A stretch of 64,000 nucleotides of DNA from Chiloscyllium plagiosum. Lineage: Eukaryota. Below, piece after piece: positions 24,801 to 36,480 of this stretch; position 1 is the stretch's first letter; each line of letters starts with the position of its first letter. The notes under the pieces were generated by a model. The model did no database searches. It saw only the letters and a list, made by a program, of their open reading frames with translations, and was not told the DNA's origin. The stretch spans positions 4,983,156 through 5,047,155 of the forward strand of contig NC_057753.1 in the NCBI RefSeq assembly GCF_004010195.1. Direction: 5' to 3'. The position numbers and the translations under genes are program-made.

Positions 24801-26040
24801 TTGAAGAAGTAACAAAGACGATTGATGAGGGCAGAGCAGTAGATGTGACCTATATGGACTTTAGTAAGGCGTTTGACAAGGTTCCCCATGGGAGAGTGAT
24901 TATCAAGGTTAGATCTCATGGAATACAGGGAGAACTAGCCATTTGGATACAGAACTGGCTCAAAGGTCAAAAACATAGGGTGGTGGAGGGTTGTTTTTCA
25001 GACTGGAGGCCTGTGACCAGTGGAGTGCCACAAGGATCGGTGCTGGGTCCACTACTTTTTGTCATTTATATAAAGATTTGGATGTGAGCATAAGAGGTAC
25101 TGTTAGTAAGTTTGCAGATGACACAAAAATTGGAGGTGTAGTGGACAGCAAAGAGGGTTACCTCAGATTACAACAGGATCTTGATCAGATGGGCCAATGG
25201 GCTGAGGAGTGTCAGATGGAATTTAATTCAGATAAATGCGAGGTGCTGCATTTTGGGAAAGCAAATTTTAGCAGGACTTCTACACTTAATGGTAAGGTCC
25301 TAGGGAGTGTTGCTGAACACATTTACCTTCAAGTTCATAGCTCCTTGAAAGTAGAGTCACAGGTAGGTAGGATGGTGAAGAAGACATTTGGTATGCTTTC
25401 CTTTATTGGTCAGAGTATTGAGTACAGGAATTGGGAGGTCATATTGCACCTGTACAGGACATTGGTTAGACCACTTTTGGAATATTGCGTGCAATTCTGG
25501 TCTCCTTCCTATCGGAAGGATGTTGTGAAACCTGAAAGGGTTCAGAAAAGATTTACAAGGATGTTGCCAGGGTTGGAGGATTTGAGCTGTAAGGATAGTT
25601 TGAATAGGCTAGGGTTATTTTCCTTAGAGCATCAGAGGCTGAGGGGTGACCTTATCAATGTTTATAAAATCATAAGGAGCATGATAGGGTAAATAGATAA
25701 GGTCTTTTTATAAAATCATGAGGGGCATGGATAGGATAAATAGGCAAAGTCTTTTCCCTGAGGTGGGGGAGTCCAGAACTAGAGGGCATAGGTTTTGGGT
25801 GAGAGGGGAAAGATATAAAAGAGACCTAAGGGGCAACGTATATGGAATGAGCTGCCAGAGGAAGTGGTGGAGGCTGGTACAATTGCAACATTTAGAAAAT
25901 GTCTGGATGGGTATATGTATAGGGAGGGGTTAGAGGGATATGGGCCGGGTGCTGGCAGGTGGGACTAGATTGGATTGGGATATCTGGTCAGCATGGACGG
26001 GTTGGACCGAAGGGTCTGTACATCTCAATGACTCCATGAC
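21880..26040 (+). mobile_element. Near full-length CR1/HER1 LINE (ORF1 SGNH esterase, ORF2 APE-RT), inactivated
   Basis: IVHIGTNGIGR (ORF1), VMVGDFNFPNIDW and SDHNSI (APE), [13 protein letters not shown] and KFADDTK (RT). Multiple stops and frameshifts; CTCCATGACT tail. Confidence 0.95.
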
Positions 26041-26044
26041 TTTA

Positions 26045-28240
26045 TGACTGAGCAGATATGGCAACATCTGTGGAGAAGAAGCAGAGTTAACGTCCTGGGT
26101 GCGACGAATCTTCTTCAAAACGGGAACTCGAACATGAGGTTTGTACGGAAAACAAAAAGTGCTGGAAATCACAAGGGGTCAGGCAGCATGCAAGGAGAGA
26201 ACACAAGCTAACGTTTCAAGTCTGGATGACTCTTCATCAGAGTTGATGTGAGGTGTGGAGGGTGCAGCATTTATGCAATAGGTGGGGGGGGGGGGGAGGG
26301 GAGGGGAAGTGGTGGAGCGCTGGAGAGAATGGATGTTGATAGTTCAGATTAAGTGGTCGGTATGTGACAATTGCAGAACAACGGTGTGTCTCACTGCCAC
26401 AGTTAAAAATCACACAACACCAGGTTACAGTCCAACAGGTTTAATTGGAAGCACTAGCTTTCGGAGTGTTGCTCCTTCATCAGGTGGTTGTGGAGTTCAC
26501 AACCCACCCGATGAAGGAGCGTCGCTCCGAAAGCTAGTGCTTCCAATTAAACCTGTTGGACTATAACCCGGTGTAGTGTGATTTTTAACGCTGTACACTC
26601 CAGTCTAACACCGGCACCTCCATATCATGTCTGACTGCCACACTGGAAAGAACAGACAGTGCCTTTGAGTGAGGGGAAGGGAGAGAGGACACAGTGACAG
26701 AGAATGCAACTAGTAAAGCTAAAGACAGTGAAGGAATGGGAATGGGTCCACAATTTGAAGGTGTTGAATTCAATATTAAGTCCCGAAGGTTATAAAGTCT
26801 GAAGATTGCGCTGGCATCCCCTGCAGCATGCCAAGGACAGACAAGTGAGCATGCATGCAGGATGCTGTGTTAAAAAGACTGGCTACGGGTAGGTCAGGGT
26901 CAGGCTTGCGCACAGATCGGAGGTGTAAGTGGTCACTCAGTCTGAGGTTGGTTTCTCCAATATAGAGTTGGCCACATTGGGTGCGGCAAATACAGAACAC
27001 AAGATCGGAGAGGGCAAAGGGGCCAAAGATTGCTTCGGCCGTTGGATGGTGAGCAGGGAGGTGGTGAAGGGGCAGGTGTTGCAACTTCTGCAGTCACAAG
27101 GGAAGGTGCCAATGCGAAGGGAGGAGTGGTGTTGAGGAATGGACGAGAGTGTCCTGGAGGGAACGATCCCTGCAAAATGCAACAGGAGGAGCGACGGAAA
27201 GATGTGTTTGATGAAGGTGGCATTCTGCTGGGGTTGTCTAAAATGGCAGAGAATGAGCGTGGAGGCTGGTAGAATAAAAAATGAGGACAAGGGGAACCCG
27301 ATCAGGCTGTTGTGAGTAATGGGAAGGGGCAAGCACGGCTGATAGGTCAGATGCGGTTGAGGGCCCTGTCAACCACAGCAGGTGAGAAACCGCAGGTATG
27401 GAAGAAGGAAGCTATGTCAGCAGCACTGTTTCGGAAGGTGGCATCATCCGAACAGATACGACGTAGGGTGAATGAATTGGGAGAATGTGATGGAATCTCT
27501 GCAAGATGTGGGGTGTGAAAAGCTGTAGTGAAGGGAACTATGGGAGTCAGGGGCTCTGTGGTGGATGGCAGCACATCGTTCATTCCCCAAAATGGAGACG
27601 GAGAGGTCAAGGAAAAGAAGGGAAGTATCGGGAATGGACCATGTGGAAGTTATAGAGGAAGTTATACGGAAATTGGAGGCAAAATCCTCACGGGACGGCA
27701 TGAAACAGTCGTCGATGTAGCGAGGAAAGAGTTGTTGGACGGAGCCCGTCTGGGAATGGAACAAGGATTGTTCCAAATACCCCATAACGAACTGGGACCC
27801 ATGTGGGTTAGCGTGGATGGACATTTTGGTCAGCATGGACCAGTTTGAGCCAAAGGGCCTCTCTCCATGCTGTAGGACTTGATGACTCTATGCCATACCC
27901 ATAAAGAGGCAGGCATAACTGGGACCCACGTGGGTGCCCACAGCCGCTCCTTTGACTTGGCAGAAGTGAGATGAACTAAAGGAGAAATCGTTCAGTGGGA
28001 GACAAGCTCAGCCAGGCGGAGGAGAGTCCCCGGTGGACGGGAATCGTTCAGGCCTCTGGTCAAGGAAGAAGTCGAGAGCTCTTAGAGCATCCTGATGGGG
28101 GGTGGGGGTTTGGAGGGATTGCACATCCAAGGTGAACAGGAGACAGTTAGGGCCAGGGAACTGGAAATTGCCCATATGGTGGAGGGCATCATAACCGGGC
28201 AGAGTCTGGACAAGTGGAGAAGAGGATGGAGTCAAGGTAG
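26045..28240 (-). mobile_element. Decayed Penelope-like element (RT, GIY-YIG and 3' hammerhead), with nested inserts
   Basis: LFTLDVQSL, RYIDDCF and ICRTQCGQLYIGETNLRLSDH relics. Hammerhead CTGATGAAGAGTCATCCAGACTTGAAACGTT at 26209-26240(-). Confidence 0.8.
26402..26627. mobile_element. Fold-back PLE-derived element with two inverted hammerhead motifs
   Basis: 26402-26589 is a near-perfect palindrome. TSD-like TGTCT(C/G)ACTGCCACA at 26387-26401 and 26628-26642. Confidence 0.85.
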
Positions 28241-28900
28241 GAGGAACTGCGCTCATTGGAGCAGGAGCAGCAGCAGCAGCACACTGATACAATGGACCTC
28301 CAGATACACTCCAGTCAGGGACACCACCACCAATACCAATATAGCTACGCATGCGCCAGTATGCAACAGGAGCATGCGCAGTGCTCGGCATCCTCCAGCG
28401 CACGCGCAATGATCAGGCTGCGTCTAATTTTTGGGGTGGGGTGGAACCCAGCGACCAATAAGCGGAGCGAATGAGCAACTGCATGCGCGTGTGTGTGCAA
28501 AGTCAGAGAAGTAGGCTGGGAAACTTCTTGAAGACCCAGAGTGAACCTCAGACACCGTTTATGTAAGTGCACGTCCCGCTTTTGCAGGGAATGGTCTGGA
28601 ATTACTGACTTCTCCCCCGCCCTTGTGGGGGGGAAAATCACCCCGCCATCTTTATGCGGGGCAATGTTCCACCGAACGCCCCTCTATCGAGGCCACCACG
28701 GCGCACGCGCGATCTTCCCCACCCGACGGTCGCTGCCAACTCCGAGCCAGAGAAATGCCGGTCTCCCGTCTCAGGCTGGTATTATCCTGGCAAATGACAG
28801 GGAGGCCTTTCGCAAACCGGCGGGGCATTGCAAGAGGAGGACTGACCGACAGGAAACACGAAACCAGCCCGGTTCAGGCTCTGGCAGAGTGACTGGGGTT
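28240..28900 (+). promoter_or_regulatory. CpG-island promoter, probably of ZNF B
   Basis: CpG-rich; NRF1-like GCATGCGC at ~28349, ~28372 and ~28480; CCAAT boxes; YY1-like CCGCCATCTTT at ~28643. Confidence 0.6.
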
Positions 28901-29029
28901 GTGCCTGTGGGAGGAGGTTGCAGATTTGAGTGTGGCTGGAAGTGGGAACCGAGGTGCCACAGACACACCAAAGGGGCTGATGGCCTCGGAAGAATTGTAG
29001 CACGAATTTCCACGGGCGCTGACTGAACT

Positions 29030-29400
29030 TTTGTTTTAATTTCAAAGATATACTTTATTCATAAATTGTTTGGATGATCTGTACAGTTGGTCATGCCATA
29101 CATACGTAAACATTCCATTTCCTTGCACACAGAGGTAGAGTAATCATTCGTATACACAGGTCTGTACGTTTACTATCCGTATATTTAGCTGAGGCGTCAG
29201 CGGAGCCCACTTACTGCGTGGGCCCCCTGTTCTTTGGCAGGCAGACGTTACACGGTGGTCTTTCCCCACCGCGCCTTGGCGGCAGCTGCCCCAAGCTTCC
29301 GCCCGTCCCTCAACACGTAGTCCCGGACCTTGGAGTGTGCCAGTCCGCAACACTCAGTCGGGGGTCAACTCCTTCAGCGGGACGATCAACAGGTTTCGAG
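29030..29400 (-). mobile_element. Tx1/L1-clade LINE 3' end
   Basis: Minus strand reads LAHSKVRDYVLRDGRKLGAAAAKARWGKTTV*, followed by AATAAA and an A-rich tail. CpG retained. Confidence 0.65.
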
Positions 29401-29824
29401 GGCAGCGTGCGGTGCGGCAGAGAGTCCAGGCCTGCATAAAGGATCTCACAGGCAGATCCTTCGCTGACTGAACGAGTTCACTCAAAAGAGTCACAGAGTG
29501 AGTACGCGAGAGAGGAGTGCACTGAGACCTTGCATGGTCTCCACAGCCACCCTCCTGTTCTATCCCTGTGATTTTATATGCGATTTTTCTCAACTGAAAT
29601 CAATTACTGTCCACTTTCACTTTCTTCAAAGGCAGCAAGTTCCAGGGCATTATCATGCGCTGCCTTCTCATCCTGTCTCTTAGTCAAAAATTTCGATCTC
29701 TCCCTAGTTTGTGTACAATCATCTGGTGGGTACAGATTGTCTTTCTCAACTTTATTTAAACCTGGCTTCAGTATTGTAACTCAATTAAATCTTCTCTCAA
29801 TCTCCTTTTCTAAATCAATGAGAT

Positions 29825-30153
29825 AGAATAGAATCCCTACAACATTGAAACAGGCCCTTCGATCCAACAAGTCCACACCGACCATCCAAAGAGTATTCCA
29901 CTACCCAAGTACTCTACATTTACACTTGACTAATGCACCTAACCTACCCATCCCTGAACACTATGGGCAATTTAGCACGGCCAATTCACCTACCCAGCAT
30001 ATCTTCGGATTGTGGGTGTAAACCAGAGGACCTGGAAGAAGCCCACGCGGACATGGGGAGAATGTGCAAACATACAGTTGCCCGAGGTTTGAATCGAACC
30101 CGGGTCTCTGGCGCTGTGAGGTAGCAGTGCTAACCACTGAGCCACCGTGCCAC
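29825..30153 (-). mobile_element. HE1-type V-SINE
   Basis: Reverse complement of GGTGGCACGGTGGCTCAGTGGTTAGCACTGC... through to the ATTCTA tail. Confidence 0.9.
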
Positions 30154-30639
30154 CCCATTTTGATCATTCTCCTCTTCCCCCTTCTTAAAACGTGGTGACC
30201 AGAGGTTGGCACGATACTTGAATTTTCAACGTAACTATTTTTGTCTTTGATATCCCATTTGTGAAGCTTGGGATCCAATTGTTTTGCTGACTAATATATC
30301 CTCTGACATTCAAAGAGCTGTATACATAAAAACAAGAATTCCTCTATCCCTGCACATTCTTTAGAATTGTACCATTAATTGTATATTGCCTGTCCCAATC
30401 TCTTCTGCTAAAATGCATCACTGTGGTATTCGAAGACCAAATGGTGATTTTGGGTTGTGCTTGGTGGCTGATTGGATAGTTAGAAAAGAGCTACTTCCAT
30501 TGGTGGGGAGTCTAAGGCAAGCAGACACAGTATAAACATAGCATCAGGTTACAGCACCTTTTCAGATCCTGATGACTCTGTTTATGCAGAAACCTCTGGA
30601 CTCCGTGTTGAATCTGAAATGTAAACTGAAATATGATAG

Positions 30640-31585
30640 AAGGCATGGTTAGTAAGTTTGCAGATGACACCAAAATAGGCAGTATAGTGGACAGAGAAGA
30701 AGGTTGATCAGACGTGCCAATGGGCTAAGGAGTGGCAGATGGAGATTAAATTAGATAAATGTGAGGTGCTGCATTTTGGTAAGGCAAACCAGGATATGGC
30801 TTATACTGTAAATGGTTGGGCCGTGAGAAGTGTTGCCAAACAAGGGACCAATGGGTACAAGGTGCATAGTTCCTTGAAGGCAGGCAAGGTAGATTCATTT
30901 AAGATGCATCTGGACAGATGCATGAGTAGGTGGGGAGCAGAGGGATACAGATGCTTAGGAATTGACCGACAGGTTTAGACAGTACATTTGGATGGGCTCA
31001 GGCTTGGAGGGCCGTAGGGCCTGTTCCTGGGCTGTAAATTTTCTTTGTTCTTTGAAAGTGGAGTAGCAGGTAAACAGGATGGTGAAGAAGGCATTTGGCA
31101 TGCTTGCCTTCATTGGTCAGAATATTGAGTGTAGGAGCTGTGGCTTCCGTTGGTGAGGCCACTTTTGGAATACTGCTTATAATTCTGGTTGCCCTTCTAT
31201 AGGAACGATGTTATTAAACTTGAGAGGGAGCCATAAAGAGTTCAAAGGATGTTGCCGAGATTGGAGGGTTTGAGTTATAGGAAGAGGCAGAAAAGGCTGG
31301 GGCTTTTCTCTCTGGTGCTTTGGAAGCTGAGGGGTTTATAAAACATGAGGGGCGTGGATAGGTTGAATAGCCAAGATCCTTTCCTAGAGCTGGGGGAGTC
31401 CAAAACTAGAGAGCATAGGTTTAAGATGAGAGGGGAAAGATTTAAAAAGGACTTGAGGGGTAACTTTTCCATGTGGAAGGTGGTATGTGTATGGAATGAG
31501 CTGTCATAGGAAGTGATGGAGACAACATTTAAAAGGCATTTAGAGGGATGTGGGCTAAATGCTGACAAATGGGACTGGGCCAGAT
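30640..31585 (+). mobile_element. CR1 LINE fragments (older, nested)
   Basis: SKFADDTKIG, DKCEVLHFGKAN and 3'-end relics. Confidence 0.8.
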
Positions 31586-31867
31586 TGGAAGTTTGAGTCC
31601 TGTATAGGTCCAGACTGGGCAGCAAGTTCTCTATCCTTAAGGATGTTAGAGAACTTGTTTGGTTTCAGGCAGCTGGTTTTATGGTTGCATTTTACTAGGC
31701 ACACCCACAAATTACCAGACTCATTCATCTCAATTTCATATTTTACCTTTGTTTTGTGAACTGTCAATGATATTTCCTTAGTTCTGTTTTCTAATCGCTT
31801 TTCAGGATTTTGGATGGGAGACTGTAGTAGTTGAGGAAAGTCCATCTAAACATCACTTCAGCTTCTG

Positions 31868-32698
31868 ATGGAGATACTCAATTCATCAGGACCTGGATGT
31901 CATCAGACTTTGATTATGGAGGCAAAAGTTAGCGTTCACCCTGAGGAACTGTGGAAATGTGGAGACTGTGGGAAGGGATTCAACTACCCATCCCAGTTGG
32001 AAATCCATCGGCGCAGTCACACTGGGGAGAGGCCGTTCATCTGCTCTGAGTGTCGAAAGGGATTCACTCGGTCGTCCCACCTTCTGGAACACCAGCGGGT
32101 TCACACAGGGGAGAGGCCGTTCACTTGCTCTGAGTGTGGGAAGGGATACACTCAGTCATCACACCTGCTGGAACACCAGCGGGTTCACACAGACGAGAGA
32201 CCTTTTAAGTGCCCAGACTGTGGGAAGTGCTATAAATGTTCTGGAGAATTAATGTCCCATCAGCGTATTCACTCAGATGAGAGACCGTTCAGGTGCTCGC
32301 ACTGTGGGTCTGGGTTCAGGCGATCGTCTCAACTTACGGTACACCAGCGCGTTCACACCGGGGAGAGACCGTTCGGCTGCTCAGTGTGTGGAAAAGGATT
32401 CGCTCACTCATCCGATCTGCTGAGACACCAGCAAGTTCACTCTGAAGAGAGACCTTTGAAGTGCCCAGACTGTGGGAAGTGCTACAAAAGTTCTCGAGAA
32501 CTGACGTCCCATCAGCGTGTTCACTCTGACGCGAGACCGTTCAGATGCTCCCACTGCGGAAGTGGATTCAGGCGAATGTCTGACCTCGCGATACATCACC
32601 GTTCCCACACGGGAGAGAAGCCATTCACGTGTTTTGAATGTGGGAAGAGATTCACCAGGTCGGCTAACCTGATGAAACACCAACGAGTTCACGAGTGA
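31868..32698 (+). CDS. Tandem C2H2 zinc-finger protein B (276 aa, 9 fingers)
   Basis: Intact ORF; acceptor ..cgcttttcag|g at 31806; in-frame TGA at 31832-31834. The ATG homologous to the other genes is MEAK at ~31916. Confidence 0.9.
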   Translation: MEILNSSGPGCHQTLIMEAKVSVHPEELWKCGDCGKGFNYPSQLEIHRRSHTGERPFICSECRKGFTRSSHLLEHQRVHTGERPFTCSECGKGYTQSSHLLEHQRVHTDERPFKCPDCGKCYKCSGELMSHQRIHSDERPFRCSHCGSGFRRSSQLTVHQRVHTGERPFGCSVCGKGFAHSSDLLRHQQVHSEERPLKCPDCGKCYKSSRELTSHQRVHSDARPFRCSHCGSGFRRMSDLAIHHRSHTGEKPFTCFECGKRFTRSANLMKHQRVHE

Positions 32699-32929
32699 CT
32701 TCAGTGATTGGGTTTTGCTGCAAGCCACATCCTGTGGCACATACGCCGGATAAAATTCAAATACATCAGCTTTGTATTCAAGACACAGCGTATCAAGTCT
32801 TTACTATTTCCACCATGTGTTAATCCATTTTAATGGGCTCCCCCTTTCCCCTACCTTCTCCATCCTCATCCCCAAAAACAACTGTGATAAGCTCATGGAG
32901 TGTATCAGTCTGTTTTGAATGGCAGTCAA

Positions 32930-33365
32930 TCTGTGAGAGAGTATAGGCTCTGTATATGTAAGAGAGCGAGAGTTGTCTATATGTGTGAGTGAATCTCTGT
33001 GTCAGTGAGCACGTATGTGAGACGGTGCTGTCAATAAGTGTGTGTGGGTGGCTGTGTGTGACTCTGAGAATGTATGTAAGTCTATGTCTGTGACTGTGTG
33101 TTTCTCTGAGTGAGTGTGTGGCTGTCTGTGTACATAAGAACAACTGTATCAGTACCTTTTGTGTGGGTTACTCTCTTTGTATTTGAGTGTGTCAGTCTGC
33201 ATGGCTGGTTTTGTATGTGAGAGTGTGTGTGTGTGTCAATGTATGTGTATGTATGTCAGAGTATGTCTGTCAGTCACTGTGTGTGGGTGGCTGTCAGTGT
33301 GTGTCAGTCTGTATGTATGGTTGGCTGTCTGCATGTATAAGTGTATGTGTTACACTGTGTCTGGG
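32930..33365. repeat. Degenerate (GT)n-rich microsatellite
   Basis: Interrupted TG/GT dinucleotide runs. Confidence 0.9.
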
Positions 33366-33682
33366 ATCACAGCTGCTGCTGCTGCTTGCTGGCTTCACTC
33401 CACAAACAGACAAAATTGTTTCTCTTAAGATCCCTTAGAGTAATTTGGAATGATAATGTTCATAAATTCTTCACTAGAGTGAAACCACAGGCTCACTGTG
33501 TGCTGTGTAAAATGTGATATCATCCAAGCCGCATTTCTCTTGGAACCCATTCTCCTCAATTCCTTGTGTTCATTGTCCTATGGTCCCCAACTTTAATTTC
33601 TTTCAATCAGTTTTATTATTAAACAGCAATAGGATTGCTACTACCACAGGAAATAGTTTCGGTTATCCCCATCTGCATTCAG

Positions 33683-34010
33683 ATGGCACAGTGGCTCAGT
33701 GGTCAGCACAAAGTCTGCGACCATTCCACCCTTGGGTGACTGTCTGTGTGGAGTTGGCATGTTCTCCCTGTGTCTGTGGGGCTTTCTTCTCACAGCCCAA
33801 AGATGTGCAGGTTAGGTTGGTTGGCCATGTTAATTTGCCTGTAGTGTCCAGAGATGTGTAGGTGAGGCAGAGTAGTCATGAGAAGTGCAGGGTTGAAGAT
33901 GGGTGGTGGTGGTGGCAGCGGGGGCTCTGGGAGGGATGCTCTTCGGTGGGTCGGTTTGCACTCAATGGGCCGAGTGGCCAGCTTCCACGCTGTCGGGTTC
34001 CATGATCTGA
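33683..34010 (+). mobile_element. HE1-type SINE, diverged
   Basis: TGGCACAGTGGCTCAGTGG head and GACTGTCTGTGTGGAGTT core. Confidence 0.8.
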
Positions 34011-34212
34011 ATTCCAAAGTTTACTATGATTAGATAAAAATGAAAACATGTATCATTTGCCACCTTTAACCCTGATTGATTAAACCCCGCTCCCCACACA
34101 CACTTCAAGACAATGTGATGAGTTTCTCCTTTTCGGTCTGTGTCTTTACGAATGAGGTAAAAGTAAAAAATCACACGACACCAGGTTATCGTGCAACAGG
34201 TTTATTTGGAAG

Positions 34213-35793
34213 GAGAAAATGAGGACTGCAGATGCTGGAGATCAGAGTCAAAAATGGTTGCTGGGACAGCACAGCAAGTCAGGCAGCATCCGAGGAGCTG
34301 GAGAAACGATGTTTCGGGCATAAGCCCTTCAACAGGAATGAGGTTTGTGGGCCAGGACTGAGAGATAAATGGGAGAGGGGTGGGGTTGGGAGGAAGGTCG
34401 CTGAGAAAGCTATAGGTGGATAAAGGGGAGGGACAAGGTGATAGGTCAGAGGGGGGCGTGATGGACAGGTCCGGAGGGCGGTGCTGAGTTGGAGGCTTGG
34501 GACTGGGATAATGTAGGGGAGGGGGGGGAAGGGGAAATGAAGAAGCTTTTGAAATCCACACTGATCCTGTGTGGTTACAGGGTCCCAAGGCGGAATATGA
34601 GGCATTCTTCCTCCAGGAGTCGGGTGGGTAATGGTTTGGCGGTGGAGGAGGCCCAGGACCTGCATGTCCTTGATGGAGTGGGAGGGGTAGTTGAAGTGTT
34701 CAGCCACAGGGTGGTGGGGTTGGTGGGTGTGAGTGTCCCAGAGATGTTCTCTGAATCAATCCGCAAGAAGGCGTCCTGTCTCCTCGATGTAGAGGAGACC
34801 ACACCGCGTGCAACGGATATGGCCGATGACATTGGTAGATTTTTTTACGGATGTGGAAGGATCCCTTGGGGCCTTGGACAGAGGTGAGGGGAGTGGTGTG
34901 GGCGCAGTGGCGGAAGTGGTGGAGGATGATGCGCTGTGTGTGAAGTTTGGCGGGGTGGAAGGTGAGGACTGGAGGGTTCTGTCTTTGTTGTGTTGGGAGG
35001 GGTGGGGTCAAGGGGGGTGTTGCGTGAAGTGAAGGAGATACGCTGGAGGGCATTGTCAACCACGTGGGAAGGGAAGTGGCGATCGTGGAAGAAGGAGGCC
35101 ATCTGGGACTTTCTGAAGTGGAATTGGTCATCCTGAGAACAGATGCGATGGAGGTGGAGAAATTGGGAATAAGGAATGGTGTTTTTACAGGAGCGAGGGT
35201 GAGAGGAGGTGTAGTCTCGGTAGCTGTGGGAGTCAGTGGGCTTGTAGTGGATGTCTGTGGCTACTCGGTCGCTGGAGACGGTGATGGAGAGGTCCAGGAA
35301 GGGGAGGGAGGTGTCCGAGATGATCCAGGTGAATTTGAGGTCAGTGTGGAAGGTTTTGGTAAAGCTGATAACTGTTCAACCTCCTCATGGGAGCACGAGG
35401 CGGCACCGATACAGTCATCGATGTAGTGAAGGAACAGGTGGGGGCGGTGCGGGTGTAACTGCGGAAGATGGACTCTTCCACATATCCGATAAACAGGCAG
35501 GCATAGCTGGGTCCCATGCGGATGCCCATGGCTACCCCTTTAGCTTGGAGGAAGTGGGAGGATTGGAAGGAGAAGTTATTGAGGGTGAGGACCAGTTCAG
35601 CCAGGCGGATGAGGGTGTTGGTTGGGACGGCGTGAGAGGAAGAAACGAAGGGCTTGGAGGGTTTCGTCATGGCAAATTGATGTGTGCAGGGACTGGATGT
35701 CCGTGATGAAGACGAATCATTGGGGGCTGAGGAGACGAAAATCTTGGAGGTGGTGAAGGTTGTGGATGGTGTCTTGGAGGAGGGTGAAGGGCT
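34213..35793 (-). mobile_element. Penelope-like element (RT and GIY-YIG relics, 3' end) nested in a smaller PLE-derived element
   Basis: LIRLAELVLTLNNFSF...KGVAMGIRMGPSYACLF (PLE RT). 12-bp TSD TTTATTTGGAAG at 34201-34212 and 35794-35805. Confidence 0.85.
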
Positions 35794-35939
35794 TTTATTT
35801 GGAAGCTCTAGCTTTCGGAGTGGTTGTGGAACATGACCATATATGACACAGAGTGTATAGTGAAAGGGTAAAGTGTCATTGAGTTGTAATGATATATCAG
35901 TTAGAAAAAAATCACACACCACAAGATTTATGAATGAGG

Positions 35940-36480
35940 GCAGGATTCTCCCTGGCTGGTGTGCGCTCCGCCCCTCTCCAATCCCATTGGTTGAAGGACT
36001 AATGCCCCGCCTCCATTTCTTTCTATTGGTCCGCAGTCCCCGTCAATCAGTAGGGCGCGGCGACAGTGGAGCATGCGCAGTGCCGAGGAGAAGACCCGGT
36101 CCTGCCCGGCGCATGCGCATTTTCCATCCTCCTTCGGGTCGTCGATGGTCACGGTCTTGTCTGTCTGAGACACGAACAGTGAGGATCAGGCGGATCGGTG
36201 AAACCGATGGACCGGGCAGTGGGTAGGCGGAGAGGCTTCAAAAACGTCTCGTGTCGGCCGGAAACCGCGGGGGAAATCTCTTCCGCTGGCACCGGAAAGG
36301 GCGAGGATTGCAGGCCTCCCCTCCCGGCTATTTGGGCCTGGTTTGGGACGGCCGCCATCTTTGTTGGGGGCAGCGGGCGGCAGCAGGCATGCGCGAAGCG
36401 GATGGGGGCAACTATTGGAATGAGTGGGCGGAGCTTGCTGCCCATTGTTCAGAATGGGTTCCAACCTGTCCATCCAGCTG
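35940..36480 (+). promoter_or_regulatory. CpG-island promoter and first exon, probably of ZNF C
   Basis: CCAAT/ATTGG boxes, NRF1 GCGCATGCGCA (~36109), YY1-like GCCGCCATCTTTG (~36350). GAGCTTGCTGCCCATTGTTCA is the reverse complement of 5610-5630. Confidence 0.7.

Noticed and set aside
21880-26040. Active autonomous LINE
   Set aside because: ORF1 and ORF2 are broken by several stops and frameshifts.
28256-28474. Poly-Q/His ORF (MEQEQQQQH...)
   Set aside because: Short CAG and CAC runs within a promoter island; no splice or homology support.
32820-33438. Cys/Val- and His/Thr-rich ORFs
   Set aside because: Translations of the (GT)n microsatellite.
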